Assembly: GCF_964204645.1 (NCBI RefSeq)
Contig: NC_134026.1
Coordinates: 11,927,950 to 11,991,949, forward strand
Reading direction: 5' to 3'
Length of the DNA stretch: 64,000 nucleotides
Origin: Tubulanus polymorphus
Taxonomy: Eukaryota; Animalia; Nemertea
Shown here: positions 11,375 through 24,477 of the stretch, piece after piece
Layout of the letters: every line of letters starts with the position of its first letter
Position numbering within the stretch: the stretch's first letter is position 1
Made by a program: the position numbers and the translations under genes
Notes under the pieces: generated by a model
The model's database searches: none
What the model saw: only the letters and a program-made list of their open reading frames with translations
What the model was told of the DNA's origin: nothing

Positions 11375-11652
11375 AAATTCATAAATTGACCATCACTGAC
11401 CACCACTGACCAATTCAAACTTCTCGAATATGAGTTCGATATACCGCGTTATGGTGTCAAACTAGAAAGGATTCGCCATAAATATTGAGAATTCATAAAT
11501 TTACCATCACTGACCACCACTGACCAATTCAAACTTCTCGAATATGAGAACGATGTACCGCGTTATGGTGTCAAACTAGAAAGGATTCGCCATTGAAAAT
11601 TCATGAATTGACCATCACTGACCACCACTGACCAAGTGAAACTTCTCGAATA
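11375..11652. repeat. ~115 bp tandem repeats with a triple (AC)TGACCA motif
   Basis: TGACCATCACTGACCACCACTGACCAA repeated 3 times; mirrored at ~27500-27870. Confidence 0.8.
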
Positions 11653-13374
11653 TCGTCGAATTCGAAAGTGGTTGTCGTCGTATTGTTATTTCTAGAGACC
11701 AGCAGTATGTTTCGCTACTGTTTCTGAATGGCGTTGACATGATGGAAATATATTACTCCTAAATAGGTTACACATCTGGATCACAGCACCTCACTTGCCG
11801 CAGTGCGTAATTTTGACTGCATAGTAATGCTAATACATAAACTTTTTTACTACTTGACTCAAAGCTTGACTCGAATCATCTGAACAGTACTGCGTTTGAA
11901 AACGAATAGAAAATGTTTGCGAGAAGCACCTGCAAATAAGTTATGATAAGATTAAATCTATGGTTAATCGATGCTTAAAAAAACAATTAAATCAGAGGCA
12001 AGATGACTAACAACCGTCTTTCAACCAATCAGCGCGATGCCAATTAATTAAATCATTAAACGCATTAGGCTCCTAATATTTGTAATCATTTGTCGTTCTT
12101 TAAACTTGGCCACTTTTGTTTCAGAAAACCGCGTACTAGACAAGTGGTCACCAAGGCATTAAAAAAGTTTTGAAAATTCGATGGTAACGATTTGTTTCGT
12201 TAATATTTCAAGTTTTTTTAACTCTTGTACAGAATTCACTATATGAAAAGTGTTCATAGGAATTGAAATTCGGTGTGATATCAGTCACCTGTTACCCCTT
12301 TTTCATTGTCAGTTCTTTATTGCACTATCATGCGCTCTTCTAAAATAGAAAAGAACATGTGTGTTTCGTTATAAACAAGGTTAAATTCCAAACGCACATG
12401 AAATATCACACAATATACACATCTAGCATTTTCTCTAACTAGGCCCTTTCCAAATGGCAATTGTTTAGTTTTTTAACGGCCGACATTCAGAAGCTCCTAA
12501 AAACCAGTGGTAGCGCTTGAGATTTTCAGTGTAGGTCACATCTCACATCGACTCGGCTCGCAGTCGGTTCGTTAAATGGGAACACATCTGGTTGACACTA
12601 GTTTCACAGTTGACGAAATCAGAAAACTTTTTTCAAATGCCTTTGATAACATCTTAAACATAGTATTCTTCTTAATTACATTTCGTTGATTCCATAGATA
12701 TGTTTTTATGAAAATTGCTCCAGTTATAACGGATTCAAACATACATGTGAAATCATTATTTTCAAAATATTAAATTTTCTCCGCTTTTGAAGAAATTCTG
12801 ACACAATATCATCTCCACTCGACACATGATTTTACTTCGGCGCCTTTAAGGGAGTGTCCCTTAAAGTTGAGTTCTTACTTAGTCAAACAAGGAGATATGC
12901 CTGATTCCTTTTTAAAATTTAGATTTCGACATATATCATCAAATTACTAGAAAGGGACAGCAGCGTTCGGTCATCCACGAAAAATACCTAAAATGCAGTC
13001 CTAGGGTTATGGAAAAACAGGACACGAAACATACAGAAAAATCCTTTGTTTGGTTGACTGAAATTATTATTGAACTCTTAAATAGCGACATTCAGAGAAA
13101 CAAAAACATAAGAATATATATAATCTCGCCCACCCGTTAAAAAACATAACGTAATGAGGCCATGTGTCATCTTTAATTGAAATCACATTATATTCATTCT
13201 CATGCGAGGATGGGTCCCCAAATTCATAGGATAAGGAGAATAATGGTTTGAATGATGAATACAACTGATAAAGCGCCAATTTCACTGATTCTTGCATATA
13301 AATGCTCAAAGGCGCTTTACAGTAATCGAGTAAACAGGTGCGTTTTTAGGAGTCTTTTGAATTTGAATTCAAAT

Positions 13375-13801
13375 CGGGTGTTCATGACGACTATAGGCGC
13401 TTTTACGAAACTGAATCTTTGTAAATCGATTTAAGTTTCACGTTTACGGCACGCGGTTTAGTGAATCCGATTTGGTAAATCAACTCGTTTATGGACGCGG
13501 TTTAGTAAATTGATTTATTAAATCGACTAACTTGCTCGGCGAGCAAGTTAGTGGCGATTTAGTCAGTGAAATCCAACATGGCGTCATCTTCGACCGCGGG
13601 CTAAAGACATCTATTGCAGACCATCATCTATCAATAATTCGGTCACCATTGACGCCCATTTTCTTTCGAATCGCGACCTTTAGATTGATAAATTGATTCG
13701 ACTCATTTACGAAAAACGATTCGATTTACTAATCCTTACGTTTTCAAACATCGAATCGGATTTAGCTAAACCGAATCAGATTCAATTTCGTAAAAGCGCC
13801 T
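13375..13801. mobile_element. MITE present only in the left arm
   Basis: TIR AGGCGCTTTTACGAAA/TTTCGTAAAAGCGCCT; absent at the matching site near 24550. Confidence 0.8.
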
Positions 13802-16800
13802 TATAATTGAGCATTCTAGGGCTGGAGCAAGAAACGTGTGGGATCGTCCGCCAAGGTATCGCTAAGGAGTCAGTCCGTGGTGGCTTTTGAAAGCGACGAC
13901 CGCATATGAATGCATTGATTGAATGACATCTCAAAAGTCAGATTATATAAAATTAAACATGATATACGGATAGGTTCTTCCAATTTGGCCTATACTGGTA
14001 GGCCTAAAAATGAAATGACCCAATATGTGATATAAATGTTCAATCAAAAAGTAGAAAGTGAATCCGTAATTCAGTATGGTAGGCCTATTGTTACAACATC
14101 AAACACTCAAATTCAATCCTTTGTTAAATTGGAAGCCAGTGTAGATGAGCAAGTATCGTGGTCCCTGATTTTAGTTATCGTAATAATTCAAGCCACGCGA
14201 TTTTGAACTGTTCAACAAGTTGGAGTTTGTGTAAAGATGAATGAGTTTGAAATGGAGTGGACTTCAGATATTACTGTTCGCATGCCTATGTCTATTACTT
14301 AATCTTTTTACTTATCATAGAAAATTGTGGTAAAATATTTTACTCGACGGTTGGTTTTAGATTGTATCTCTCCAAGCCAGAGGTAATCACGGATATCGGA
14401 CTACAAAAAATTCCTTGTGTAAAGCTCAACTTTGTAAATTCCTGGAAAAGCTCGCCTCGGATATTTCAATAATGATTAAACATTAATTTTCCCAACGAAA
14501 AACCTAAACAACCAATGTACGCTTGCTTTAAGTTTACCAATGCACTATCGTTGCTTTTTCTAGCTATTTGTACTGTTTGCCGCAAAAAGATTGCATCCTC
14601 TATTACAGGATTTAAGGATACAACTCTAAAACCAGTTAGTTTAAATTAACCATTATACAATATGATACATGACCAAATACACTGTTAATATGAAAAAGAT
14701 CCAATATGCACACATTTCAAATCTCAAACCAAGTTTTATCATTAGAAAATAACGACACGACGTTCGATCGTTCACTAGAGATCATGTTTTTGAATTTGTA
14801 CACAGTGAATTTTCGTATCGTATTATGGTATTATCAATTCTCCGCATTTGAGGGTGACTATTCTACGAATACAAAGTTATTTTTAGCAATGAAGTTTTAA
14901 TTGTCATTTTAAATGTTAACTATCCACTGGTATGTAAACTTACTAACTTTTGGCAACTGACCTCAAATCGTGGAATGGGCTCAGGTAGCCTGCTGATCCA
15001 CTCTTTATTAATACTACTAAAGAAATATTCAGTATAAGACGTAAAAAGTATATTAAAGTACTATTTATCTTTATATCGCAATAATTTGTGTACGTATGAT
15101 TGAAAAACGATATTCTATGGAGTCTCATGTTACGTACTTATGATTATTGTGTATAAGATCAATAATTAGCAACCTTCCACGGATACGAAGCGGCCTAAGT
15201 TTACATCCTACCATAATTTTCTCTAAACTCTCAGCATTATATCAAGATCGGTCTTAGAAAATATATGAAGGACGTGTTCACAGGTTAACGAGGCCAAAAA
15301 TCTTCCTCAAAATTTCAAATTTTTACGAGCAAAGATAATATACTTCATGCTTTTGGTGCAGAAATAATGGATGTCCACAAATTGCAAATTGTGTTTTCAA
15401 AGTAAACGATCCGAGTGTGGAATTGTTTCGAATTCAGGGTTCTCCCATTTACTCTCCGGTATTCTACAATGTTTCAATAAGATACGTAAGTCGCACTTTT
15501 GTTGTGATACAGCTTTCTCTATTGGTCAGCGTTGTGATCACTTAAAATTACCCATAAGTTTGAATTCTCACTGAACTACTACATCCCTTATAACGAATAT
15601 ATATTTCATATGAGGCGATTAACTTTGATGATCTGTGGTCAGTGGACAGCAGTTACGAAACATTCAAAACTACTACATAATCTTCCATCTATTCATTATT
15701 CATATATATGATATGATATGATATGATATAATATCTCCTTTAGTGTTCAGTTTAAACGTCTTGAACGCAAAAGTTTGACAAGTTTCGCATAATGGTACCG
15801 ATACGCACGTTCACACTAGTGAAATGTGCACGTTACAGGTTCAAATGCGCACGTTACAATTACAAATCGAAACGTTGTTCGTTCAAAACCCGATGTGAAA
15901 ATCTTTTGCATTTAGTGGGAAATTTCAGAGTTAGCTCGCTTCCTACAATAAAAATTGGACAAGACTTTTAAATCGACACATTTAATAAGAGTAGTACTGA
16001 CGAAGGATTCAGGCAATACCCCGTGTTATTTCTAAAAACATTTAACCGGTAATTAGACAGTACTGGTGTAGCTTGTACAGGTAAAAGAGTTATTATATTT
16101 ACGTTCAGACCGAATGAAATTATTTGATACGAGACACGACTAAGTTGTGTCCGAAACAGATAAATATAGCTATGTGGTCAGTATTGGTCAAGATTTGGTC
16201 ACTTGAATAGTTGTTAGATGAAAGCCCACACTATTTCTAATTATTTGACACCAAACACGACTGTGTTGCTTCTAGAATAAACAAATTACTTTAAGGTCAG
16301 TATTGGTAAAATATTGGTCAGTTAAATAGTTGTTAGATCATAGCCCGCACCGTATCTAGTAGCTCGACGCCCAAACACGATTTTATTGCTTTACTAAACA
16401 TATAAATTACATATGGTGGGTTCTAGTTAGTGGTAACTGGTCAGTACTGGTCAAGCATTGGTCAGTTAAACAATTTTTAGTTTAATGTCCACATTATATC
16501 TAGTTATTTGACACCAAATAACTTAATTGTTTGCAAAACAGATAATTTACTATATAGCCAGTACTGGTCATGCATTGGTCAGTTGATAAACCAAGGTCCA
16601 CGCCACGAGTTATTTGATACTAAACATTATTGTGTCGTTTCGGAAAATTTATCTGTTGGGCAACTTGTGGTCAGCCCTGGTTCGTTAGTTCTTATTTTGC
16701 GGGCATTTTATCTCGAACCACCGAAAGACTGAATTACTAATCAATTCAACAGATCATTAATTAATTAATGGAAATGAAGATCAGTGTTAACTAAGTCCTT

Positions 16801-16849
16801 AGTCTGAATAAAATGTATGTGGTATTATATGGGTGCTATGGTGCTGTAC

Positions 16850-17115
16850 ACATCTTCACCCGTCAAGGGATTCGAACCCACTACGCTAAAGCTGTTCCCC
16901 GAACCCCTTGACCTCACGAGTCGTTGGAGTCGTTACTAGCCGACCAGAATCCGGTCGTACCAATCACAGCGCTTGTAACAAACCGTAAGTAGACTTCTGT
17001 TGGGTTTCCCGTTAAATTGACCAATCAGCGAACGTTTTACCGAACAAGGAAGTATTTCGCAAATCGATATATGACGTCACGCGCAACAGCTCCAGTAATG
17101 AAATCACGCTTCGTG
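16850..17115 (-). repeat. Dispersed repeat with a Pol III B-box-like GGTTCGAATCC
   Basis: Inverted copy at ~38335-38550. Confidence 0.6.
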
Positions 17116-17286
17116 AGGTCAGGGGGCTCATTATGAGAATGCCGGTTTGCTAGCGTATCTATTTAACACCCGTATTGCTCGGGTTAGTTTTACTATCAAC
17201 GGGTGGCGCTGTATGTAAATTTCACATACTTCGTTGAGTACGGACGTGTTTTCGGCGCGCTCTGCAAATTCTATTCAGTGTCAACC

Positions 17287-18105
17287 ATGGCGAACAACAG
17301 CAGGCTGAGTACATCACCGCCGAGAAAGCAGCAGAAAATAGGGAAAACAACTCAACGTATTCAGATATCCGAAAAGCAATTAAAACAGATTATCGAACAG
17401 AAACCCGCGACATCGGCAACATCGTCACGTGTCGGTGGAAGAGCTGACGACGAGTTATCGACTAAACTTGATACGATTATTGCGCAACTCACTAAACTTG
17501 ACGTGTTACAAAAGGATATGTGCGAGGTTAAGCAATCACTCGAATATTGCCATGAAGACGTCAGGCAGTTGAAACAGGAGAATGTCATGCTTAAAAACAA
17601 AGTAAGGGACTTAGAACAGTTAGTTGCGGATCAAGAAGCGATTGTGCGATCGGATCACGAGCTCTTGCTAGACCAGCAGTGGCGAAGTATGAGGGATAAT
17701 CTCATATTTTACGGAATCGAGGAGAGCGATAACGAGGATACGGAGAAATTGATCAAGGACTTTTGCGTGAATGACTTGAAATTGGCGAAGGAGAAGGTCG
17801 ATTCGATGGAATTCGCGAGATCGCATCGAATGGGCAGCAAAAAGAAACAGCTAAAAAAACCTCGTGCTATCGTTGCGAAATTTGAGCACTATAAAGATCG
17901 CAAATTTGTGCGCTCCGCCGCGAAAAACCTTGCCGGATCATCGTTGGGGCTTAGCGAGCAAGTCCCGGAGGAATGGGCAGCCCGCAGGCGCGAGAAACTT
18001 CCAGAGTTGCGGGCTGCGAAAGCCAGTGGTAAGCGTGCGTTTTTCGTCCGCGACAAACTAGTTATTCGTGATCCGTATGATCGTTCAGCTATGGACAGCG
18101 CCTAG
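17287..18105 (+). CDS. LINE ORF1 (coiled coil plus RRM-like)
   Basis: SMRDNLIFYGIEE, FARSHRMG, PRAIVAKFEHYKD motifs. Confidence 0.8.
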   Translation: MANNSRLSTSPPRKQQKIGKTTQRIQISEKQLKQIIEQKPATSATSSRVGGRADDELSTKLDTIIAQLTKLDVLQKDMCEVKQSLEYCHEDVRQLKQENVMLKNKVRDLEQLVADQEAIVRSDHELLLDQQWRSMRDNLIFYGIEESDNEDTEKLIKDFCVNDLKLAKEKVDSMEFARSHRMGSKKKQLKKPRAIVAKFEHYKDRKFVRSAAKNLAGSSLGLSEQVPEEWAARRREKLPELRAAKASGKRAFFVRDKLVIRDPYDRSAMDSA

Positions 18106-18147
18106 GAAGTCGCGGAGGGCTTCTGCTTAGAGTTCGTAGATCGCGCG

Positions 18148-21100
18148 GTGCTCCAGTCGAGAAAGCGGTGTTTTGTTGTAGAGTTTGTTAATAGTATTCA
18201 CATATATCAAGATGTAAATAGCGGAAGTGAAAGTTTAGATTCATGTGTTCCTGTAAATAGCCAAAGATTTAATATTACGTCAGATAGCGAAACTTGCAAT
18301 TCTTGTGATGAGCAAAATGTAATTATTGATGATCCTGTTGGTATGAATTTATCTACTCTTAATGTGTGTGGTTTGACAAGCAAACTTGACATCCCGGAAT
18401 TTTCAGATTTTATCTGCAGTAACGATATTGTATGTTTGACCGAAACTCATCTAGATGATGTAGATGGTGATCTAAGCAGTAGTTTGCCCGCTTCTTATGT
18501 AGGTCATTTTAAAAATAGGAAACGGTTTTCGAAGAAAGGCTCTGGTGGCGTTGGCATCATTTACAAGAAACTTCTACAATCTAAAATAAGACCAATTTCG
18601 ACTGACAGTCAATATGTATCTTGGTACCTATTAGATAAGTCTTTATTTAATTACGACAAACATATACTTTTAGGTGTGGTTTATATTCCCCCCGAAAATA
18701 GTCGCTACTATTCGGAAGGAGCAATTAGTGAAATCGAGTTAGAACTATTACAATTAAGAGTCGAACACGATATCAATGTATTAATTACTGGAGATTTTAA
18801 TGCCCACACTTCTTGTTTGCCTGACTTATTAGAACCTGATATTCATATCATAGACGAACATAATTTACACTCTATTGTTGACTCGCAGCTGTCATCTAAT
18901 CTAGGTGTCCCCACTACTAGAAACAACCAAGACAAAAGAACCAATAATACCGGATATCAATTAACTGACTTGTGTAACAATCATTCACTAATCATTCTTA
19001 ATGGCAGGTGTGGCAGTGACCAGTCTGGTAATTATACCTTTAAGGGCACTAGTGTTATCGATTATTGTTTGAGTGATGTTGAGTTGTTTAATTATTTTTC
19101 TAAATTTGAAATAATGCCTTTCGATCCTTTATTATCCGATGGACACAATGCTATCTCGCTCTGTTTGTATGTGGGCATTAGGGACACTGTTGTTGATAAC
19201 GAAAATAATGGGCGGACGGAAGAGATCCCGTCAGTGAGATGGGACAAAGAAAAATCAGATCAATTCTTTGCTACCGTTGAATCAAAATTGTGTAACGCTA
19301 ACCTGAACGATTTACTGTTGAACGGGCTTCAGAATGCAGATACGCAAACAGCTGACTGTATAAATGAACTTACTGATAAATTTGTATCGTCATTATTAGA
19401 AAGTGCCGATGAGTGTAATCTTATGCAGCATAGGAAAAGCAGTAGCCGTAAAAAGCAAGCGTATAATAGGTGGTTTAGTCGGGATTGTAGAATAGCGCAA
19501 AAAGAGTATAATTATAGGCGAAATAGATATAGGAGCTGTCCGAATTCCGCAAACTTAGAATTTTTAAAGAACTCGTCTAGGAAATATAAAAAAACTATTC
19601 AAGAATCTAAAAGAAGACAGAAAGAAAACTTTATCAAAGAATTAAGAGAATGTGAAATTAGTAACCCTAAGAAATACTGGTCTATGCTGAACTCAGCGAC
19701 AGTAACAACAGTTGACAAAGATAATATCGATATCGATACTTTCCTTGAACACTTCATGAGACTGAATGATTTGAATATTAACGTATACGAGCAGACTGAT
19801 ACCATTACTGAAACTCAAGATGATGACCCACCTGATTATGACAACTCCATGTTAAACTGTGAAATTTCTACTGAAGAAATAGGCAAAGCTATATCTTCAT
19901 TGAAAAACAACAAGGCATCTGGTATAGATGGAATTATCAATGAAATGCTGAAAGTTAATGAGTATCCATGTATAACAAGGATATTACAAAATATTTTTAA
20001 CTTAGTACTTAAAACTGGCCATGTACCAGAGATGTGGTCCGTTGGCGTCATTAAACCCATTTTTAAAAACAAAGGAGACCCCGCCAATCCAGATAATTAT
20101 AGAGGCATCACACTAGTTAGCTGTTTAGGCAAATTATTTACAAGTATATTGAATCAAAGACTGTCTTCATTCCTAGATATTAACAACATTATCAGTGAAG
20201 CTCAGGCTGGTTTTAGATCTAAATACTCAACTATTGTACTGTAAACTACAGTTACACTTAGATACATTATTTGAATATTGCACAGACAACGGCCTCACTG
20301 TAAATGTCGATAAGACAAAAATATTAGTTTTTGCGCGAAGTAAATCTAGAATTAAGCAAATTCCAAAATTTATGTTTGGCAACCAAGAATTGGAGATAGT
20401 TGAAGATTATTTGTACCTCGGAGTTAAATTCAACTGGAACGGTAGTTTTGTTAAAGCAAGAAAATATCTTTACGATAAAGCTATGAGAGCTATGTTTTCT
20501 ATTATCCAAAAGGGTAGGCGCCTGAAACTCCCAATCGACGTAATGTTTAAATTATTCGATATGTGCGTTGCCCCTGTTGCCATGTATGGTTGCGAGGTAT
20601 GGGGATACGAAAATTTAGACTTATTAGAAAATATTCATTGTCTTTTTTGCAAGATTTTAATGAAGGTAACAAAGTATTCTCATAATTTACCGGTGTTAGC
20701 AGAGTTAGGGCGTTATCCTTTGTTCATTGAAGTAAAGCGTAGAATGATTAATTTTTGGTGTAAAACTGTATCTGGCAAACAATCTAAGCTTAATGCAATA
20801 CTCTATCGAATTTCCTGTAATCTGTATCTAAATGACAAACATACTAGTCCTTGGCTTTTCAGTATTAAACAAACCTTTGATGACTGCGGTCTGTCCTATG
20901 TATGGATGCAACAATATATGCAAAGTTCTAGGGCGTTCTCAAAATATGTAAGACAAATTCTACGTGACCAGTATGCACAAGAGACTATTTTCAAAATCAA
21001 TAATAATCCGTTATATATTAATTTCAGGGAATACAAAAACGATATTAAATTTGAGAATTATATTAACCAACTAGGTGATAATTGTGTTTTTAGTTTTTTT

Positions 21101-21361
21101 CAGTTTAGAATAGGATCCCACCTATTACCTGTACATAGATTTTCTAATCTCCATATACCTAGAAACGAAAGAATGTGCCCAATCTGCAATGTTTTTGGGG
21201 ATGAATTACATTTTCTCTTTGATTGTAAGATTCTTACCGAACTTCGCAATACCATTCCGAATTTAGAAACATTTAGAAACTTTGATATATTAAAAACTCC
21301 AAATTTTCAATTAGCACAATTTATAAAAGATGGTTTAGATGTATATAGATCCCTCCTGTAG
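18148..21361 (+). pseudogene. LINE ORF2 (AP endonuclease, RT, Cys motif), RT core deleted at ~20240
   Basis: CLTETH, TGDFNA, SVIDY, SDGH, NYRGITL. QAGFR then jumps to LQLHLDTL..NVDKTK with no QG or YADD motif. C-terminal CPIC..DELHFLFDC. Confidence 0.85.
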
Positions 21362-24233
21362 TCTGTCAATTGTAAATAGTACACTGTATTTGTATATATT
21401 GTAAATACTCTTGTTATGTTTTTAAAATATTTTTTATTTTTCTTTCGATATGTAAATATTTGTAAACAAAATCTTTTTTTCCTCCACGTACCATGGAAAT
21501 GGTTGGAGAGTAATAAATTATCTTATCTTATCTTACATAAATCAACGACTTTCGGCTATTAGCGGTACTTAAGACCACTTGAAAACATCATAGTCAATTA
21601 CGGTAGTAGTGAACATAAAAAGATACAGTACAAAGATACAGTACGGTGTACAGTTAAGGACATGATTCCATAGCACCCATACTAGAGACATTTTGTTCAG
21701 ACAAGGACTATTAGTTAAACACTAATCTTCATTATCAGCAATTAACGATCTGGTGAATTAATTAGTGATTCGGTCTTTCGGTGGTTCGAGATAAAATGCC
21801 CGCAAAATAAGAACCTAACGAACCAGGGCTGACCACAAATTGCCCAACAGATAAATTTTCGAAACGACACAATCCAATCATGTTTGGTATCAAATGTGGC
21901 GTGGACCATGGTCTTTTAACTGACCAATGCATGACCAGTACTGACCATATAGTAAATTATTTGTTTGCAAACAATTAAGTTGTTTGGTGTCAAATAACTA
22001 GATATGATGTGGGCATTAATCTAAAAATTGTTTAACTAACCAATGCTTGACCAGTACAGACCAGTTACCAGTGCTAACCAGAACCCCCATAAGTAATTTA
22101 TATGTTTAGTGAATCCTTCGTTAGTACTACTAGCTCTTACATTTAAATGTGTCGCTTGAAAAAGTCTTGTCCGATTTTTGTTGTAGGTAGCGAGCTAACT
22201 TTGAAATTCCGCTAAAATGCATAAGATTTTTACGTAGGGTTTTGAACGAACAACGTTTCCATTTGTAATTGTAACGTGCGCATTTGAGCCTGCAACGTGC
22301 ACATTTCACTCGCGTGAACGTGCGTATCGGTACCAACATGCGAGACTTGTCAAACTTTTACGATCAAGACTTTTAAACTGAAAAAAGAAGATATCATATC
22401 ATAATATATATATACATGAATAGATGGAATGATAATGTAGTAGTTTTAAATGTTTCGTAGCTGCTGTCCACTGACCACAGATCAAAGCTAATTCCCTGAT
22501 ATGAAATATATATTTTTGTTATAGAGATGTAGTAGATCAGTGAGAATTCAAACTTATGGTTAATTTTGAGTGATCACAACGCTAACCAATAGAGAAAGAT
22601 GTAAGGCCTAAGAAAAGATGCATTAAGTATAACATATCTTTCAATATAATGATGAAGTATTCAACTGGCCATCACAACAATAGTTTGACTCATCTTATTG
22701 AAAAATACCGGAGTGTTAATGGGAAAACCTTGAATTCGAAACAATTCCACACTCAATCGTTTACTTTGAAAACACAATTTTCATTTTGTGGACATGTATT
22801 TTTTTCTGCACCAAAAGCATGAAGTATATATCTTTGCTCGTAAAAATTTGAAATTTTGGGGAAGATTTTTGGCCTCGTTAACCTGTGAGCACGTCCTTCA
22901 TATATTTTCTAAGACCGAACTTTGAAATAATGCTGAGAGTTTCGAGGATAATTTTGGTAGGATGTTAACTTAGGCCGCTTCGTCAGAGGAAGGTTGTTAA
23001 TTATTGTTTCTATACACAATAATCATAAGTACCATGAGATTCGATAGAATATCGTTTTTCAATCATACGTACACGAATTATCGCGATATAAAGATAAATA
23101 ATATGTTCATATACTTTTTACGTCTTATACTGTATATTTCTTTGGTAGTATAAATAAAGAGTGGATCAGCAGGCCACCTGAGACCATTCCACGATCTAAG
23201 GTCAGTTGCCAAAAGTTAGTAAGTTTACCAGTGGATAGTTAACATTTATAATGACAATTAAATTTTCATTGCTAAAATAACTTTGTACTTGTTGACTCAA
23301 AAGCAGAGAATTGAAAATACGATAATACGATACGAAAACTCAGTGTACAAATTCAAAAAGATTATCTCTAGTGAGAGATCGAACGTTGTGTCGTAATTTT
23401 CTAATGATAAAACATGGTTTGAAATTTGAAATGTGTACATAGTTGATCTTTTTCAGTGTATTTAGTCATGTATCATATTGGATGATGGTTAATTTAAACT
23501 ATCTTTTGAGAAACGGGTCCCAGAGCTGTATCCTTTACTCCTGTAATAGAGGATGCAATCTATTTGCGACAAACAGCTAGTGCAAATAGCTAGAAAAGGT
23601 AACAATAGTGCATTGGCAAACTTAGAGCAAGCGTACATTGGTTGTTTAGGTATTTCGAAGGGGAGAATTCGTGGGAAAAATAATCATTACTGAGATATAT
23701 CCGTGGCGAGCTTAAAGTTGAGCTGTACACAAGGAATTTTGTGTAGTCCAATATCCGTGATTACCTCTGGCGTGGAGAGATACAATCTAAAACCCTAGAG
23801 TCAAATATTTTACCACCATTTTTTATGATCAGTAAAAAGATTGAGTAATAGACATTCAAACAGTATTATCTAAATTCCACTCCATTTTAAACTCATTCAT
23901 CTCTACACAAACTCCAACTTGTTGAACAGTCCACATTAAGATTAGGGACCACTATTCTTGCTCATCTACACTGGCTACCAATCTAACAAAGGATTAAATT
24001 TGAGTGTTTGATGTTATAACAATACCAGACTGAATTATGGATTCGGTTTCTACTTTTTAATTGCGCATTTATATCACATATTGGGCATCATTTTTACCAG
24101 TGTATATGGAATAACCTATCCATATATCATGTTCAATTTTATATAATCTGACTTTTGAGATGTCATTCAATCAATGCATTCACATGCGGTCGTCGCTTTC
24201 AATAGCCACCACGGACTGGCTCCTTATTATTTC

Positions 24234-24477
24234 ACGATTGGTAGAACACTATATCCGTGTTGACGCGATGAGGAGAGAATCCCACAATGATAATAAATAG
24301 TCCGAAAAAGAAACTTCGAGATAGTAGTTTATTTCAACGTTTCGACTATATCCTAATAGTCATCTTCAGGAATAATTCCTGAAGATGACTATTAGGATAT
24401 AGTCGAAACGTTGAAATAAACTACTATCTCGAAGTTTCTTTTTCGGACTTTTTATTATCATTGTGGGATTCTCTCCT
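24234..24477. mobile_element. Penelope pLTR-only palindromic insertion with two opposed hammerheads
   Basis: ~105 bp near-perfect inverted arms; duplication CTCCTTATTATTTC at 24220-24233 and 24478-24491; same family as 51617-52428. Confidence 0.85.
24376..24415 (+). ncRNA. Minimal hammerhead ribozyme (mirror copy at ~24333-24372 on the minus strand)
   Basis: TTC-CTGAAGA-T-GACTAT(loop)ATAGTC-GAAACGTT-GAA. Confidence 0.75.

Larger units (their letters stand above)
10816..16840. repeat. Left arm of large inverted repeat
   Basis: Collinear reverse complement of ~21668-28402 throughout. Confidence 0.9.
17229..21534 (+). mobile_element. Non-LTR retrotransposon (RTEX/CR1-like) with both ends intact and an internal RT deletion
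   Basis: ORF1 plus APE-RT ORF2; (TTATC)n tail; ACATA target duplication (17224-17228 and 21535-21539); empty site visible in the copies at ~32280 and ~57340. Confidence 0.9.

Noticed and set aside
11375-11652. CRISPR-like array (also 28530-28620 and 61705-61950)
   Set aside because: The intervening sequences are themselves repeated, there are no cas genes, and the context is eukaryotic.
10947-16732. Short ORFs in the inverted-repeat arms and other 60-100 aa ORFs across the middle
   Set aside because: No recognisable motifs, frames are not preserved between the two arms, and many are antisense shadows of real genes.
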